Shown: in pieces, positions 52,593-62,806 of the stretch
Numbering within the stretch: position 1 is the stretch's first letter
Layout: each line of letters begins with the position of its first letter
DNA from: a virus
Length of the DNA: 64,000 bases
IMG/VR virus record: IMGVR_UViG_3300042387_002331
Strand: one strand, 5' to 3'
The notes under the pieces: generated by a model
Told to the model about the DNA's origin: nothing
Database searches by the model: none
The model's input: the letters and a program-made list of their open reading frames with translations, nothing else
Made by a program: the position numbers and the translations under genes

Positions 52593-53558
52593 ATGAAACT
52601 AACAGACATTTTACGCGAAGTAGAAGGAGAAGAAGATGGTATGCAACAAGTAAAGGTTCGTTACGACCTTGCTGTAGAACCCGCTGATCTTGATAAAGCA
52701 CTAGCTGCTTTAAACGATACCAAAAATTATGGTATTTACGCACAAAACATGCGAGATCCGCAAGCTATCATAAAAGCATTCGGACCTTCAATTCCTGCGC
52801 AAAAAGCTGGAGCTGCTTGGAAAGATTGGGATTCTCGTTCAGATGATGAAAAAGCATTTAAGCTAATCGATATTAAAAACAGAGTACCTGAAGCATGGAC
52901 TGCTACTGAAAAAGAAGCAGAATCAGGCTATGAAAGATGGCAAGCAGAAGGAAATGATGGGAGCTTAAACGACTATCTATTTACTCTATCAGGTAAAGAA
53001 CTTCCAAAAAGTTTAGTTGGAACATATGGCAAGAACTATTTTCCAATGAAAACACCAGACAACTTAAAAAAATATGGTGGTAAATTGGAACAAGGTGTTC
53101 ATTATGTAGTAAAAGGTGATAAAATTGTTTTTCCTTCAACTCTAGAAAACCCATATAAAACAAAACCATACTTGTCTAAAGTATTGAAAACAATTATGGA
53201 CAATGCAGGAGTTAGCTTTGAATTAATCGATGTTGAACAGGATGTTGAAGAACCAGTAGCCGTTCAAAAACCTGAAAAAGAAGTTATTCCACCTTTATCC
53301 TATACAGCTGATTCAAGAGACAAAGTTGAAAAAGCAAGAAGCATATTCCAAAAAGAAATTGGAGAAGTTCCAACTGTAAAATACGAAATAGAATCTTTTG
53401 AATCGCCTGAGGGAAGAAAGTATAAACTTGTAGTAACAGGATTCCAAAACAAAGATCAACGTGCAAAACTTTTAGTTAGAAAAACTACGTTGAAAGAAGA
53501 ACAAGAATTTGATTTTGAAAAATACCAAATGCTTAGACGAGCAGGAATAATTAAATAA
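52593..53558 (+). CDS. Late protein with MKLTDILRE leader and RAGIIK tail
   Basis: Late motif at 52581-52590. Confidence 0.7.
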   Translation: MKLTDILREVEGEEDGMQQVKVRYDLAVEPADLDKALAALNDTKNYGIYAQNMRDPQAIIKAFGPSIPAQKAGAAWKDWDSRSDDEKAFKLIDIKNRVPEAWTATEKEAESGYERWQAEGNDGSLNDYLFTLSGKELPKSLVGTYGKNYFPMKTPDNLKKYGGKLEQGVHYVVKGDKIVFPSTLENPYKTKPYLSKVLKTIMDNAGVSFELIDVEQDVEEPVAVQKPEKEVIPPLSYTADSRDKVEKARSIFQKEIGEVPTVKYEIESFESPEGRKYKLVVTGFQNKDQRAKLLVRKTTLKEEQEFDFEKYQMLRRAGIIK

Positions 53559-53559
53559 G

Positions 53560-53937
53560 ATGGACAATTTTGATTTAAAAAAGTATTTAGCTGAAAATAA
53601 GCTAAACGAAGCTGAAGGAAACGACTTGTACTATACAGCAGGTGAAATGATTTCCCAAGTTGGTTTATTCACCCAAGAAAATGCAGATAGACTAGAAGCA
53701 GAAGATAGAGGAAACCTATATCGTTTCTTTGACACCCCAGAAGAAAAAACAGAACTAATCAAAATTTCAGAAGAATATAAAAACTATTTAGCTAAAGTAA
53801 AAGCAACAATGGACGAGTTAGTAAACGATCCAATGTATAGAGTTGCAGTTGGTGATGTAGGTGGAAAATATAGAGATAGAGGACCAGGAGAAACTTTACA
53901 AAAAGCTTATTATAGATCAAAAACAGAGCTTGCCTAG
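53560..53937 (+). CDS. Late protein with MDNFDLKKYLAENKLNE leader
   Basis: Coupled to the previous gene. Confidence 0.7.
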   Translation: MDNFDLKKYLAENKLNEAEGNDLYYTAGEMISQVGLFTQENADRLEAEDRGNLYRFFDTPEEKTELIKISEEYKNYLAKVKATMDELVNDPMYRVAVGDVGGKYRDRGPGETLQKAYYRSKTELA

Positions 53938-53958
53938 TGCAAGCTTTTTTTGTATAAT
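53927..53958 (+). terminator. Terminator hairpin overlapping a TTG-N20-TATAAT promoter
   Basis: agcttgc-ctagt-gcaagct followed by a T run. Confidence 0.8.
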
Positions 53959-53964
53959 ACGGTT

Positions 53965-54873
53965 ATGAAAGAAAACACATTGTACGTAGAGCGTTTTCGT
54001 CCTACTGAACTACAATACTATGTAGGAAACGAAAATGTAAAAGACACAATCCAAAAGTACCTAGACCAAGGTGATATTCAAAACTTCATCTTCTATGGGC
54101 CTGCAGGTACAGGTAAAACTACCCTAGCTAAAATTATAGTCAAAAACCTAGACTGTGATTATCTTTACATCAACGCAAGTGATGAAAATGGAATTGACAC
54201 AATTCGAGAAAAAGTAAAGGGATTTGCTAGTGCTGCATCTTGGAAAGGAATTAAAGTAGTAATCCTAGATGAAGCAGACTTCATCACTATTCAAGGACAA
54301 GCCGCTTTACGAAACGTAATTGAAACATTTTCACGTTCAACACGTTTTATCTTAACCTGTAACTTTATAGAGCGAATTATTGATCCTCTCCAATCACGTT
54401 GCCAGGTACTTAAAATTGTACCCCCAACAAAAATGGATGTGTACAACCATTTAACTTGGATTTTAGCTGATCAATTAAACATATCCTATACACCTGAAGA
54501 TTTAAAATCACTGATAGTAAAATACTATCCTGACATGCGTAAAATGTTAAACGTTTTACAGATGTCTGTAAAAGACGATAGTGTTGTACTTGATGAAACA
54601 GTTTTGACCTCAAACAACTATATCAAAGAGGTATTGAAAGAATTAGCAGGTAAGAAAAATTGGACAACCATTAGACAAACCATAGCAGATTCAAACGTTA
54701 AAGACTTTGAAGAACTATACCGCTCACTATTCGAATATAGTTCAAAATATGCCCCAGGTAAAGAAGGTTCTGTTGCAATTATATTGAACGAGCACCTCTA
54801 TCAAGCAAATTTTCGAATTGACAAAGAAATTAACGTAATGTCTGCAATTGCAAAGATTATAGAAGTTATATGA
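53965..54873 (+). CDS. Clamp loader AAA+ subunit (gp44/RFC-like)
   Basis: ERFRP, GPAGTGKTT, NASDE, LDEAD and SRC. Confidence 0.93.
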   Translation: MKENTLYVERFRPTELQYYVGNENVKDTIQKYLDQGDIQNFIFYGPAGTGKTTLAKIIVKNLDCDYLYINASDENGIDTIREKVKGFASAASWKGIKVVILDEADFITIQGQAALRNVIETFSRSTRFILTCNFIERIIDPLQSRCQVLKIVPPTKMDVYNHLTWILADQLNISYTPEDLKSLIVKYYPDMRKMLNVLQMSVKDDSVVLDETVLTSNNYIKEVLKELAGKKNWTTIRQTIADSNVKDFEELYRSLFEYSSKYAPGKEGSVAIILNEHLYQANFRIDKEINVMSAIAKIIEVI

Positions 54874-55082
54874 AACATTTCCTAAAATACACTCTTTCGT
54901 GGGTATCAAGTAATTTGTCCGTACCTTTTTGGACAGTTGGACATATCCACCTGATGACATCTATTTATGCTGATTTACATGAAATACTAATGTCATTTGG
55001 AATGAATATAATTGTAGCAGCAGGGTTTATCCATGACTTTATAGAATATAGAAAAGAAAAAGTAACCAATAAAAACAAATAA
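54870..55082 (+). CDS. Small membrane protein
   Basis: Two hydrophobic segments. Confidence 0.5.
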   Translation: MKHFLKYTLSWVSSNLSVPFWTVGHIHLMTSIYADLHEILMSFGMNIIVAAGFIHDFIEYRKEKVTNKNK

Positions 55083-55083
55083 A

Positions 55084-55329
55084 ATGCAAGAACAACCAAG
55101 GTTGAACATCGACTTTAAAAACACAACAGCTGTAACTGGCTTTGATGGAGGTCATCTATTTGGACAAGCAATCATTGTCCGTAAAATTTCTAAATTTTTA
55201 ATCGGAGCTGAAGAAGATTCACTCATCCCAATCCCAGTATTTTATGATATGGAAAGTAAAAAAATCTTACCTGATTCACTCCCACCAGAACTTCGTGACG
55301 AATACAAAGATATTACTTTAGATGCCTAA
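55084..55329 (+). CDS. Hypothetical protein
   Basis: 81 aa ORF with RKISKF...PIPVFY. Confidence 0.6.
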   Translation: MQEQPRLNIDFKNTTAVTGFDGGHLFGQAIIVRKISKFLIGAEEDSLIPIPVFYDMESKKILPDSLPPELRDEYKDITLDA

Positions 55330-55380
55330 AAAACATACATAGATTTGTATCCTTCTAATATGTATAATAAACGAAGTGAT

Positions 55381-55977
55381 ATGAAAATATGTAATGTGTG
55401 TAAAACAGAAAAACCATTAGACGAATATTTTAGATCGAATCATGGTACCTGTAAAGTTTGTAATCGAGAAAAGAATCGTGAACGCAACAAAAAAAGGTAC
55501 CATGACGATCCCACCCATAAACAAGAACAGTTAAATAGAACAAAACAATATGTTAAAGAAACTGGATATTGGGCTAAATGGAGGGAAAATAACAGAGACA
55601 AAATAAAAGAATCCAATACAAAAAACAAAGAATATAAACGTCAGTGGTCCCAAAAACAAAGACAAAGTAACATCCAACACAGATTAAAAGAAAATATCCG
55701 AAGTAGAATATACTTAGCTTTAAAAAATAAAAGTAATTCAAGTAAAGAACTTTTAGGTTGCCCTATTAAAAAATATATTATATATTTAGAGCAACAATTT
55801 GACCAAAACATGAATTGGGAAAACTATGGAACATATTGGGAAATAGATCATATTAAACCAATTTCATTGTTTGATTTGACAAAAGAACAAGAAATTAAAA
55901 AATGCTTCAACTATAAAAATACAAAACCACTCTCTATAAATGAAAACCGGCAAAAAGGAAATAAAGAATATTTTTGA
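55381..55977 (+). mobile_element. Free-standing HNH homing endonuclease
   Basis: C..C...K....F...CK.C; MNWENYG..WEIDHI.P...N..PL...EN..K; own late motif at 55358. Confidence 0.8.
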
Positions 55978-56377
55978 ATGGCTTAATGAAATAACCCTCT
56001 ACAAAACCCCAATTAAAGGTATTTCGGAAGAATCATGGGAAAAATGGAATTCTTATATGGTTCACCGGTATTTATCAATGAATATAAATTATGTTGAACT
56101 AGCTAATTTTGTTCAAACTCTACCATACGAGAACAAACAACAAACATATTTAATTTATAGAGAGATGATCCCAAAAACTAAAACGTTCTTGAAGTACGTT
56201 AAGTCAAGAACAAAGAGACAGCCTGTTACTTTGGTAGAGTACGTAGCAAAACATTTTGAATGCAGTTTAGGCGAAGCTGAAGAATATATTGACATTTTAC
56301 GTGAACATGGAGTAAGAAATGTTCTATACAAAATGGGTGTTGAAGATAAAGAAGTAGAAAAACTATTAAAAAAATGA
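55940..56377 (+). CDS. Probable clamp loader small subunit (gp62-like)
   Basis: FEWLN.I...YMVHRYLS...AN...K.KTFLKYVK pattern resembles gp62; near the gp44-like gene. Confidence 0.6.
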   Translation: MKTGKKEIKNIFEWLNEITLYKTPIKGISEESWEKWNSYMVHRYLSMNINYVELANFVQTLPYENKQQTYLIYREMIPKTKTFLKYVKSRTKRQPVTLVEYVAKHFECSLGEAEEYIDILREHGVRNVLYKMGVEDKEVEKLLKK

Positions 56378-56589
56378 ATAGAGAAATTAAGGTTACAGAT
56401 TCAATTGTTGATTCAGTTATTGACCAGTTTGTTTCAAGAGCCACATTTGGTAAAACAAAATATGGAGTTGATTTAGACCGTGAAGATTTAAGCGTTTTAG
56501 AGTGGATTGAACACGCTAAACAAGAACACATGGATGCGATTTTATATTTGGAAAAATTGAAAAAAATCGTAGAGACCAAAGGACTATAA
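56374..56589 (+). CDS. Small hypothetical protein (possibly all-alpha NTP-PPase fold)
   Basis: G..KYG..L.R.DL...W..HA..E.MD..LY. Confidence 0.55.
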   Translation: MNREIKVTDSIVDSVIDQFVSRATFGKTKYGVDLDREDLSVLEWIEHAKQEHMDAILYLEKLKKIVETKGL

Positions 56590-56610
56590 TATTTATAATA
56601 AAATACCAAA

Positions 56611-57069
56611 ATGGATAAAGAAACATTACGTATGCAAATGCTAGCTGGGGTAATTACAGAAAGCGAATATAAAGCAAAATTAGAAGAATCTAAAAAAGAC
56701 TCATTAAACGAACACTACGTTGCAGGAGGAATTGTAGGAATTGGAGCTATCAACCAAATCCCACCTCGCGCTAAAACAGATTACGAAGATGCTTTTGAAT
56801 ACTTTTTAAGTCAAAAATACCCTTTAAACGAGGAAGAAAGCGTTAATGAAAACGTAATGGCCGTAGGTAATGAAGTTGAACATCCTGAAGGTACTGGTAC
56901 AATTGAATTAGTTACTGACTATGCTTCATATGCTGATGAGATTGATGCTAATCTTGGAATGGATTGGGAATCTATGACTCCAAAAGAAGAATTAACCTGG
57001 TATAAAATTAAAGGTGATGATGGAGAAACTTATTGGTTTGATGAAGAAGAATTAAGCGAATTTAATTAA
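56611..57069 (+). CDS. Late protein with LRMQMLAGVITE leader
   Basis: Late motif at 56589; leader nearly identical to that of 48653. Confidence 0.7.
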   Translation: MDKETLRMQMLAGVITESEYKAKLEESKKDSLNEHYVAGGIVGIGAINQIPPRAKTDYEDAFEYFLSQKYPLNEEESVNENVMAVGNEVEHPEGTGTIELVTDYASYADEIDANLGMDWESMTPKEELTWYKIKGDDGETYWFDEEELSEFN

Positions 57070-57077
57070 TATATTTC

Positions 57078-57311
57078 ATGAACCAAAGAGACACAATCAC
57101 ATTAGACGTTCCTCTATTTATTCGTTTACTCGAATACGCTAGAGAAGATGCTCAAACCGACATGGACTTACACAACGTATCAGAAAATGCAATCGGTTTA
57201 GCACTTTCAGGAAAAACGTTAACAATGAAAGACTACAACATGATTGTTGGTTCCCCTGAAGACATTGAAGAAATTAAAATGCTCCAAATACGAGCTGGGA
57301 TTATTAAATAA
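57078..57311 (+). CDS. Late protein with RAGIIK tail
   Basis: DVPLFIRLLEYARED; C-terminus shared with 52593. Confidence 0.65.
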   Translation: MNQRDTITLDVPLFIRLLEYAREDAQTDMDLHNVSENAIGLALSGKTLTMKDYNMIVGSPEDIEEIKMLQIRAGIIK

Positions 57312-57328
57312 AAATACTTTTACAGAAG

Positions 57329-57362
57329 AGCTTGCCTAACCGCAAGCTTTTTTTTATCTTTA
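57329..57362 (+). terminator. Terminator hairpin overlapping a TTG-N20-TATCTT promoter
   Basis: agcttgc-ctaacc-gcaagct followed by a T run. Confidence 0.8.
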
Positions 57363-57366
57363 GGTA

Positions 57367-58302
57367 ATGAAAAAAAAGTTACCTTCCATATTAAAGGAAA
57401 TAAAAACTAAGGTTTTACCACAAATAGACTACGCAACTCAAAAGTCTATTTCATATTCTCAAATGTCCATGTTTAATGAGTGCCCTAAAAAATGGTCACT
57501 ACAATATAGAGAAGGTCACAAACAATTTACTTCTTCAATTCATACTGTTTTTGGGACTGCACTACACGAAGTACTCCAACATTATCTTACAGTAATGTAT
57601 GAACAAAGCGGAGCAGAAGCAGACCGCATTAACACAGCTGAAATGCTCGAAGAAAAACTCCGTGAAGAATACAAAAAACAATACCAAGCAAACAACAACC
57701 AACACTTTGTTACCCCAGACGAACTCAGAGAATTCTATGACGATGGAGTAGAAATCATAAGAGAAATAGCAAAAGAAAGAGGTAAACACTTTAGCAAACG
57801 AGGATGGCATTTAGTTGGATGTGAAGTACCTCTTATATTGACTCCAAATCCAAAACTACAAAACATAATGTTTCAAGGGTTTTTAGATGTTGTTTTATAC
57901 CACGAACCAACCAACACATTCAAAATCATAGACATTAAAACAAGCAGACAAGGTTGGAGTAAAAAAGAAAAATCAAACGAACAAAAGCAATTTCAACTTA
58001 TCCTATACAAAAAATACTATTCGGAACTATACAACGTACCAATAGAAAATGTAGAGGTAGAATTTATGATTGTAAAACGTAAAATATTTGAAAGCGAACA
58101 ATTTACAATCAAACGTGTACAATGGTACAAACCGGCTTCGGGTAAAGTAAAATTAAATAAAGTAACGAAATCAATTGAAGAATTTATAGAACAGGCGTTT
58201 GATCGAAACGGCTTTAAACAAGTTGAACACCAACCAAAAGTAAATGATAATTGCAAGTGGTGTCCTTTTTACAAAACTCATTTATGCTCTGCGACCTACT
58301 AA
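57367..58302 (+). CDS. PD-(D/E)XK nuclease, Cas4/RecB-like
   Basis: SYS.....CP, GTALH, GFLD, IIDIKT, QL..Y and C-terminal CKWCPF....C. Confidence 0.85.
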   Translation: MKKKLPSILKEIKTKVLPQIDYATQKSISYSQMSMFNECPKKWSLQYREGHKQFTSSIHTVFGTALHEVLQHYLTVMYEQSGAEADRINTAEMLEEKLREEYKKQYQANNNQHFVTPDELREFYDDGVEIIREIAKERGKHFSKRGWHLVGCEVPLILTPNPKLQNIMFQGFLDVVLYHEPTNTFKIIDIKTSRQGWSKKEKSNEQKQFQLILYKKYYSELYNVPIENVEVEFMIVKRKIFESEQFTIKRVQWYKPASGKVKLNKVTKSIEEFIEQAFDRNGFKQVEHQPKVNDNCKWCPFYKTHLCSATY

Positions 58303-58345
58303 TATACTACCATATGTATATACGATAATATTAATTTAAAAACAT

Positions 58346-58543
58346 ATGAGTGAAAAAAACCAACAGTTAACAAGCGTCAAACTAGACAAAGACCTGTTTG
58401 AACAATTTAAAGTAGAGTGTATTAAACGTAAATTTTCGTTTCAAAAATTAAGTGAACGAGCAGTTCACCTTTATTTAACAGACGAAGACTTTAGAAAACA
58501 AATCCACAACCACAACAACCTAAGCTTGGAAAGCGAAGAGTAA
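58346..58543 (+). CDS. Small ribbon-helix-helix-like regulator
   Basis: LTSVKLDKDLFEQFK strand-helix-helix pattern. Confidence 0.55.
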   Translation: MSEKNQQLTSVKLDKDLFEQFKVECIKRKFSFQKLSERAVHLYLTDEDFRKQIHNHNNLSLESEE

Positions 58544-58576
58544 ATTTGTACATTAAACCAAAACAAATATAGTTAT

Positions 58577-60016
58577 ATGAATTCAAGTTTTAAGTATCTA
58601 CCGCAGAATGAGCGGAAAAAAATCATGCTAATTTGTGATGACATTCGAGTACACTCCGGTGTAGCAACAGTGGCACGCGAATTAGTTTTAAACACAGCCC
58701 AACATTTCAATTGGGTTAACATTGCGGGAGCAATAAATCATCCCGAAAAAGGAAAACGATTTGACATTTCCAAAGACACTAACACAAACACAGGTTTAAC
58801 AGATTCTTCTGTTTTCTTGTATCCGGTTGATGGCTATGGAAATCCAGATTTGATCCGTCAATTGATTGCAATTGAACAACCAGATGCAATCATGTTAATT
58901 ACCGATCCAAGATATTTTGAATGGTTATTTCAAATCGAAAACGAGATTAGAAAAGAAATGCCAATCATTTATTTGAACATCTGGGATGATTATCCGGCAC
59001 CGTTGTACAACAAAGCATTTTACGAGTCATGTGATGCATTGTTAGCAATTTCAAAACAAACAAAATTGATTAACGAGCTTGTTTTAGGTGAAAAAGCTAA
59101 AAACAAAGTGATTCACTATGTTCCTCATGGATTGAATCATGAAATATATTATCCGATTGAAAAGGAAAATGAATTAAAAGAACTTGAAGCGTTTAAAAAG
59201 CAAATTTTTGGAGGTGATGAAAAGGATTTTGTAGTGTTTTTTAATTCAAGAAACATTCGACGTAAACAAATTCCGGATACAATGTTAGCTTTTAGGTTGT
59301 TTTTAGACACATTACCGAAAGAAAAAGCAGATAAATGTGCTATGGTAATGCACACCGAAATTGTAAGCGATCACGGAACAGATTTAGAAGCAGTTAGAAA
59401 AGTATTGTTTCCAAAATACCCTAAAGCAATTTATTTTTCAACAAACAAGTTAGACAGTAAACAGTTAAACCAATTTTATAATTTAGCAGATGCTCAAATT
59501 TTATTGACATCAAATGAAGGTTGGGGATTGTCATTGACAGAAGCGATTTTAGCAGGAACTGTAATTATAGCAAACGTAACAGGTGGTATGCAAGACCAAA
59601 TGCGTTTTGAAGATGAATATGGTAATTGGTTTACACCGTCTCCGAAAATTCCTTCAAACCACACAGGCCGTTATAAAAACCATGGTTCATGGGCGTTTCC
59701 GGTTTATCCAACAAGCCGCTCAATTCAAGGTTCACCTAAAACACCTTATATTTGGGATGATAGATGTACTGCTGAAGATGCAGCAGCTCGTATATCCGAA
59801 GTATATGCGTTGGATAGAGCAACAAGAAAAGACCTTGGTAAAGTAGGAAGACATTGGGCTGTAAACGAAGCTGGTCTTACAGGAGAGCATATGGGAGTTA
59901 GAGCAATTCACGCGATAGATAAATTATTTAACACGTGGACTCCGCGAGAAAGATATGAGCTAATCAACGTTAATGAAGTTAAAGAAGACACAATTGATCA
60001 CGAATTTGTATATTAA
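58577..60016 (+). CDS. GT-B (GT4-like) glycosyltransferase
   Basis: SGVA, VPHG, RNIRRK and NEGWGL...EA. Confidence 0.85.
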   Translation: MNSSFKYLPQNERKKIMLICDDIRVHSGVATVARELVLNTAQHFNWVNIAGAINHPEKGKRFDISKDTNTNTGLTDSSVFLYPVDGYGNPDLIRQLIAIEQPDAIMLITDPRYFEWLFQIENEIRKEMPIIYLNIWDDYPAPLYNKAFYESCDALLAISKQTKLINELVLGEKAKNKVIHYVPHGLNHEIYYPIEKENELKELEAFKKQIFGGDEKDFVVFFNSRNIRRKQIPDTMLAFRLFLDTLPKEKADKCAMVMHTEIVSDHGTDLEAVRKVLFPKYPKAIYFSTNKLDSKQLNQFYNLADAQILLTSNEGWGLSLTEAILAGTVIIANVTGGMQDQMRFEDEYGNWFTPSPKIPSNHTGRYKNHGSWAFPVYPTSRSIQGSPKTPYIWDDRCTAEDAAARISEVYALDRATRKDLGKVGRHWAVNEAGLTGEHMGVRAIHAIDKLFNTWTPRERYELINVNEVKEDTIDHEFVY

Positions 60017-60022
60017 AAAGTT

Positions 60023-60259
60023 ATGGAAAATTTAACACAACAATTAACAGCAAAACAGATATACGATAACTATATCAATCATCCTACAACAGAGGATAGT
60101 TTCAAATTATTTTACACACGAAAACTTAATGATAGTGTAGAATTAAAGGCTCAAAAGTTTGAATCAAAAGACGAAGATTATTGTATTTCTTTATTAGAAT
60201 CAATAATGGACTTAGAAGATTTTTTAGGATGGCCATTTGGTGATAAAATTTTTAAATAA
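60023..60259 (+). CDS. Hypothetical protein
   Basis: 78 aa ORF preceded by AAAAGTT. Confidence 0.5.
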   Translation: MENLTQQLTAKQIYDNYINHPTTEDSFKLFYTRKLNDSVELKAQKFESKDEDYCISLLESIMDLEDFLGWPFGDKIFK

Positions 60260-60307
60260 ATTGTACTTTCCAATGGGCACACATATGTATAATAAAACGT
60301 GTGCCTA

Positions 60308-60985
60308 ATGGATTATACAAGAATATACAACCAAATTATTAAACGTGCCCAAACCCGTAAACTAGAGGGATATGTTGAAAAACATCATATAATCCCAAAA
60401 TGTATTGGAGGTTTAGATGAAAAAGAAAATATTGTTGAATTGACTGCTCGTGAACATTTTTTATGCCATATGTTACTTTGTGAAATATACTCAAAAGAAA
60501 ATAAACTCAAACATGCTTTGTTTTTGATGGCTATAGGAAAACAGAAAGTAAAAGAAAAAACATATGTTATAGGTTCAAGGGTGTATGAGCGGTTAAAAGA
60601 AGAATATTCTGCTATGTTAACTGGGAAAAAACAATCTCAAGATACCAAAAACAAGAAGAGTAAAAGTATGTTGGGTATTTGGGATGGAAAAACAAAAGAA
60701 GAAATGTCTGAAATTGGACAAAAAAGATGGAATACAAGGAAGGAAAATGGAACTGATAAAATAACTTGGGGAAACAAAATATCCCAATCTTTGAAAGGAA
60801 GAGATACTACCCAAGCAAACCAATCTAGAAGTAAACCTATTCTCCAATTTGATACTCAAAATAATTTCCTTAAAGAATGGCCAAGCATTTCAGAAGCTGA
60901 AAGGCAACTAGGAGGAGACATTAAAAGTGCAATTGCAGGAAGACAGAAAACAGCTGCAGGATTTATTTGGAAACCTAAAAATTAA
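60308..60985 (+). mobile_element. HNH homing endonuclease with NUMOD3/NUMOD1-like DNA-binding modules
   Basis: EKHHIIPKC.GG.D..EN...LTAREHF.CH; KPILQFD...EWPSISEA...TAAGFIWK; late motif at 60283. Confidence 0.85.
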
Positions 60986-61012
60986 ATTATATATTAAATT
61001 AAAATAAAAAAT

Positions 61013-62305
61013 ATGAGTAAACCAGTTTTTGTAATTAGTTGTGCAATTGATACATACAGTGGCTATGGAGCACGTTCTCGCGATATCGTTAAAGCGATTA
61101 TTGAATTAGATAAGTATGATGTAAAAGTCCTACCCCAACGATGGGGAAACACCCCATTTGGATTTATTAAAAACAATCCAGAGTGGGAATTTTTAGCAAA
61201 ACATTTACTTCAAACCCCTCAATTACCAGCACAACCTGAAATTTGGATGCAAATTACAGTTCCAAATGAATTCCAACCAGTAGGAAAATATAATATTGGA
61301 TGTACAGCTGGAATTGAAACCACAATAGCACCAGCTGAATGGGTTGAAGGTTGTGGTCGTATGAATTTGATTTTAGGTTCTTCTGAACATACAATTAAAG
61401 TACTTAAAGAAAGTAAATTTGAAAAGCGCGATCAACAAACAAACCAAACAGTAGGGATTATTGAATGGAAAGGTGATAGTGAAGTAATTTTTGAAGGCGC
61501 TAATACTGAAACATACAAACCAGTAAAATCAACATTTGATTTATCTAATATAAAAGAAGAATTTGCTTATTTGTTTGTAGGACATTGGATGCAAGGTGCT
61601 TTAGGTGAAGATAGAAAAAATGTAGGGTTATTAGTAAAAGCGTTTTATGAAACGTTTAAAAACAAAGCTAAAAAACCTGCACTTATCTTAAAAACATCTA
61701 CTGTAGGATCTTCTTACATGGATAGAGATGAATTGATTAAACGTATTCAAGCAATTAAAGCAACAGTAAAATCAACTAACCTACCAAACATTTATTTGTT
61801 GCATGGTGAATTTACTGATGTTGAAATGAACGAAATCTATAACCATTCTAAAGTTAAAGCAATGATTAACTTAACTAAAGGAGAAGGATTTGGTCGCCCA
61901 TTACTTGAGTTCTCACTTACAAACAAACCAATTATTACAACAAATTGGAGTGGCCATACTGATTATTTAAACCCTGAATTTACTACACTTCTACCAGGTA
62001 CATTAACAAAAGTACACCCTTCAGCAGCAAATAGTATGCTATTAGCAGATGCAGAATGGTTTAGTGTAGACACAGGTCATGTAGGACACTATTTAAAAGA
62101 TGTATTTGAAAACTATAAAGGGTATGCTGAAAATGCAAAACGACAAGGGTTTCAATCACGTAACAAGTTTTCATTTAGTGCTATGAAAGAAAAACTAGGT
62201 AACTTGTTTGAAAGTAAAATCCCTGAATTTCCAAAACATGTTCAACTACAATTACCTAAGTTAAATAAAATTGAATTACCAAAACTTAAAAAAGTAGAAG
62301 CATAA
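61013..62305 (+). CDS. GT-B glycosyltransferase
   Basis: SGYG, DRKN and GEGFGRPLLE. Confidence 0.85.
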   Translation: MSKPVFVISCAIDTYSGYGARSRDIVKAIIELDKYDVKVLPQRWGNTPFGFIKNNPEWEFLAKHLLQTPQLPAQPEIWMQITVPNEFQPVGKYNIGCTAGIETTIAPAEWVEGCGRMNLILGSSEHTIKVLKESKFEKRDQQTNQTVGIIEWKGDSEVIFEGANTETYKPVKSTFDLSNIKEEFAYLFVGHWMQGALGEDRKNVGLLVKAFYETFKNKAKKPALILKTSTVGSSYMDRDELIKRIQAIKATVKSTNLPNIYLLHGEFTDVEMNEIYNHSKVKAMINLTKGEGFGRPLLEFSLTNKPIITTNWSGHTDYLNPEFTTLLPGTLTKVHPSAANSMLLADAEWFSVDTGHVGHYLKDVFENYKGYAENAKRQGFQSRNKFSFSAMKEKLGNLFESKIPEFPKHVQLQLPKLNKIELPKLKKVEA

Positions 62306-62772
62306 TGCAACACGAAGAAATAATTAACTGTCCTAAATCAGGAGGCGACTTGTGCTATAAAACACAAGTTGCTCCTGAAATATATAACTATTTAAGTTTA
62401 TCTTGTGGATTTTGGACAAATTCATTTATGACCGAAGACCATGAGTTTTACAAACAACAAATAGAAACGTTACCTGAGCTATACAAAGATTTAGCTTGGA
62501 CTGACCCTGAAACTGGTTTAATTTGGCTTCCAAACACAATTAACCAGCCTGAATTAGGTATGATATTTGCTAATGGTTCAAGCATCTCTAATTGGGGATG
62601 GGCAGCTGTTAAAGCCATTAAGGTTTCAGAAGAAGATAAAGAAAAATATCCAATCCCTGGCAAACCAGGAGAGTTTATGAAATATAGAATGGATATGAAA
62701 AACATGAAAATGTTTGCAGAACGTGACTATATTGAAGCTTTAGATCATATTGGAATCTTTCAAAATAGTTAG
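62305..62772 (+). CDS. Hypothetical protein
   Basis: Coupled ORF, 155 aa. Confidence 0.6.
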   Translation: MQHEEIINCPKSGGDLCYKTQVAPEIYNYLSLSCGFWTNSFMTEDHEFYKQQIETLPELYKDLAWTDPETGLIWLPNTINQPELGMIFANGSSISNWGWAAVKAIKVSEEDKEKYPIPGKPGEFMKYRMDMKNMKMFAERDYIEALDHIGIFQNS

Positions 62773-62806
62773 GATATTTAAAAAATGTTTTGTATAATAA
62801 GAGCAC

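Noticed and set aside
55330-55977. Group I intron housing the HNH
   Set aside because: Only about 50 nt of non-coding flank is present, too little for a ribozyme core.
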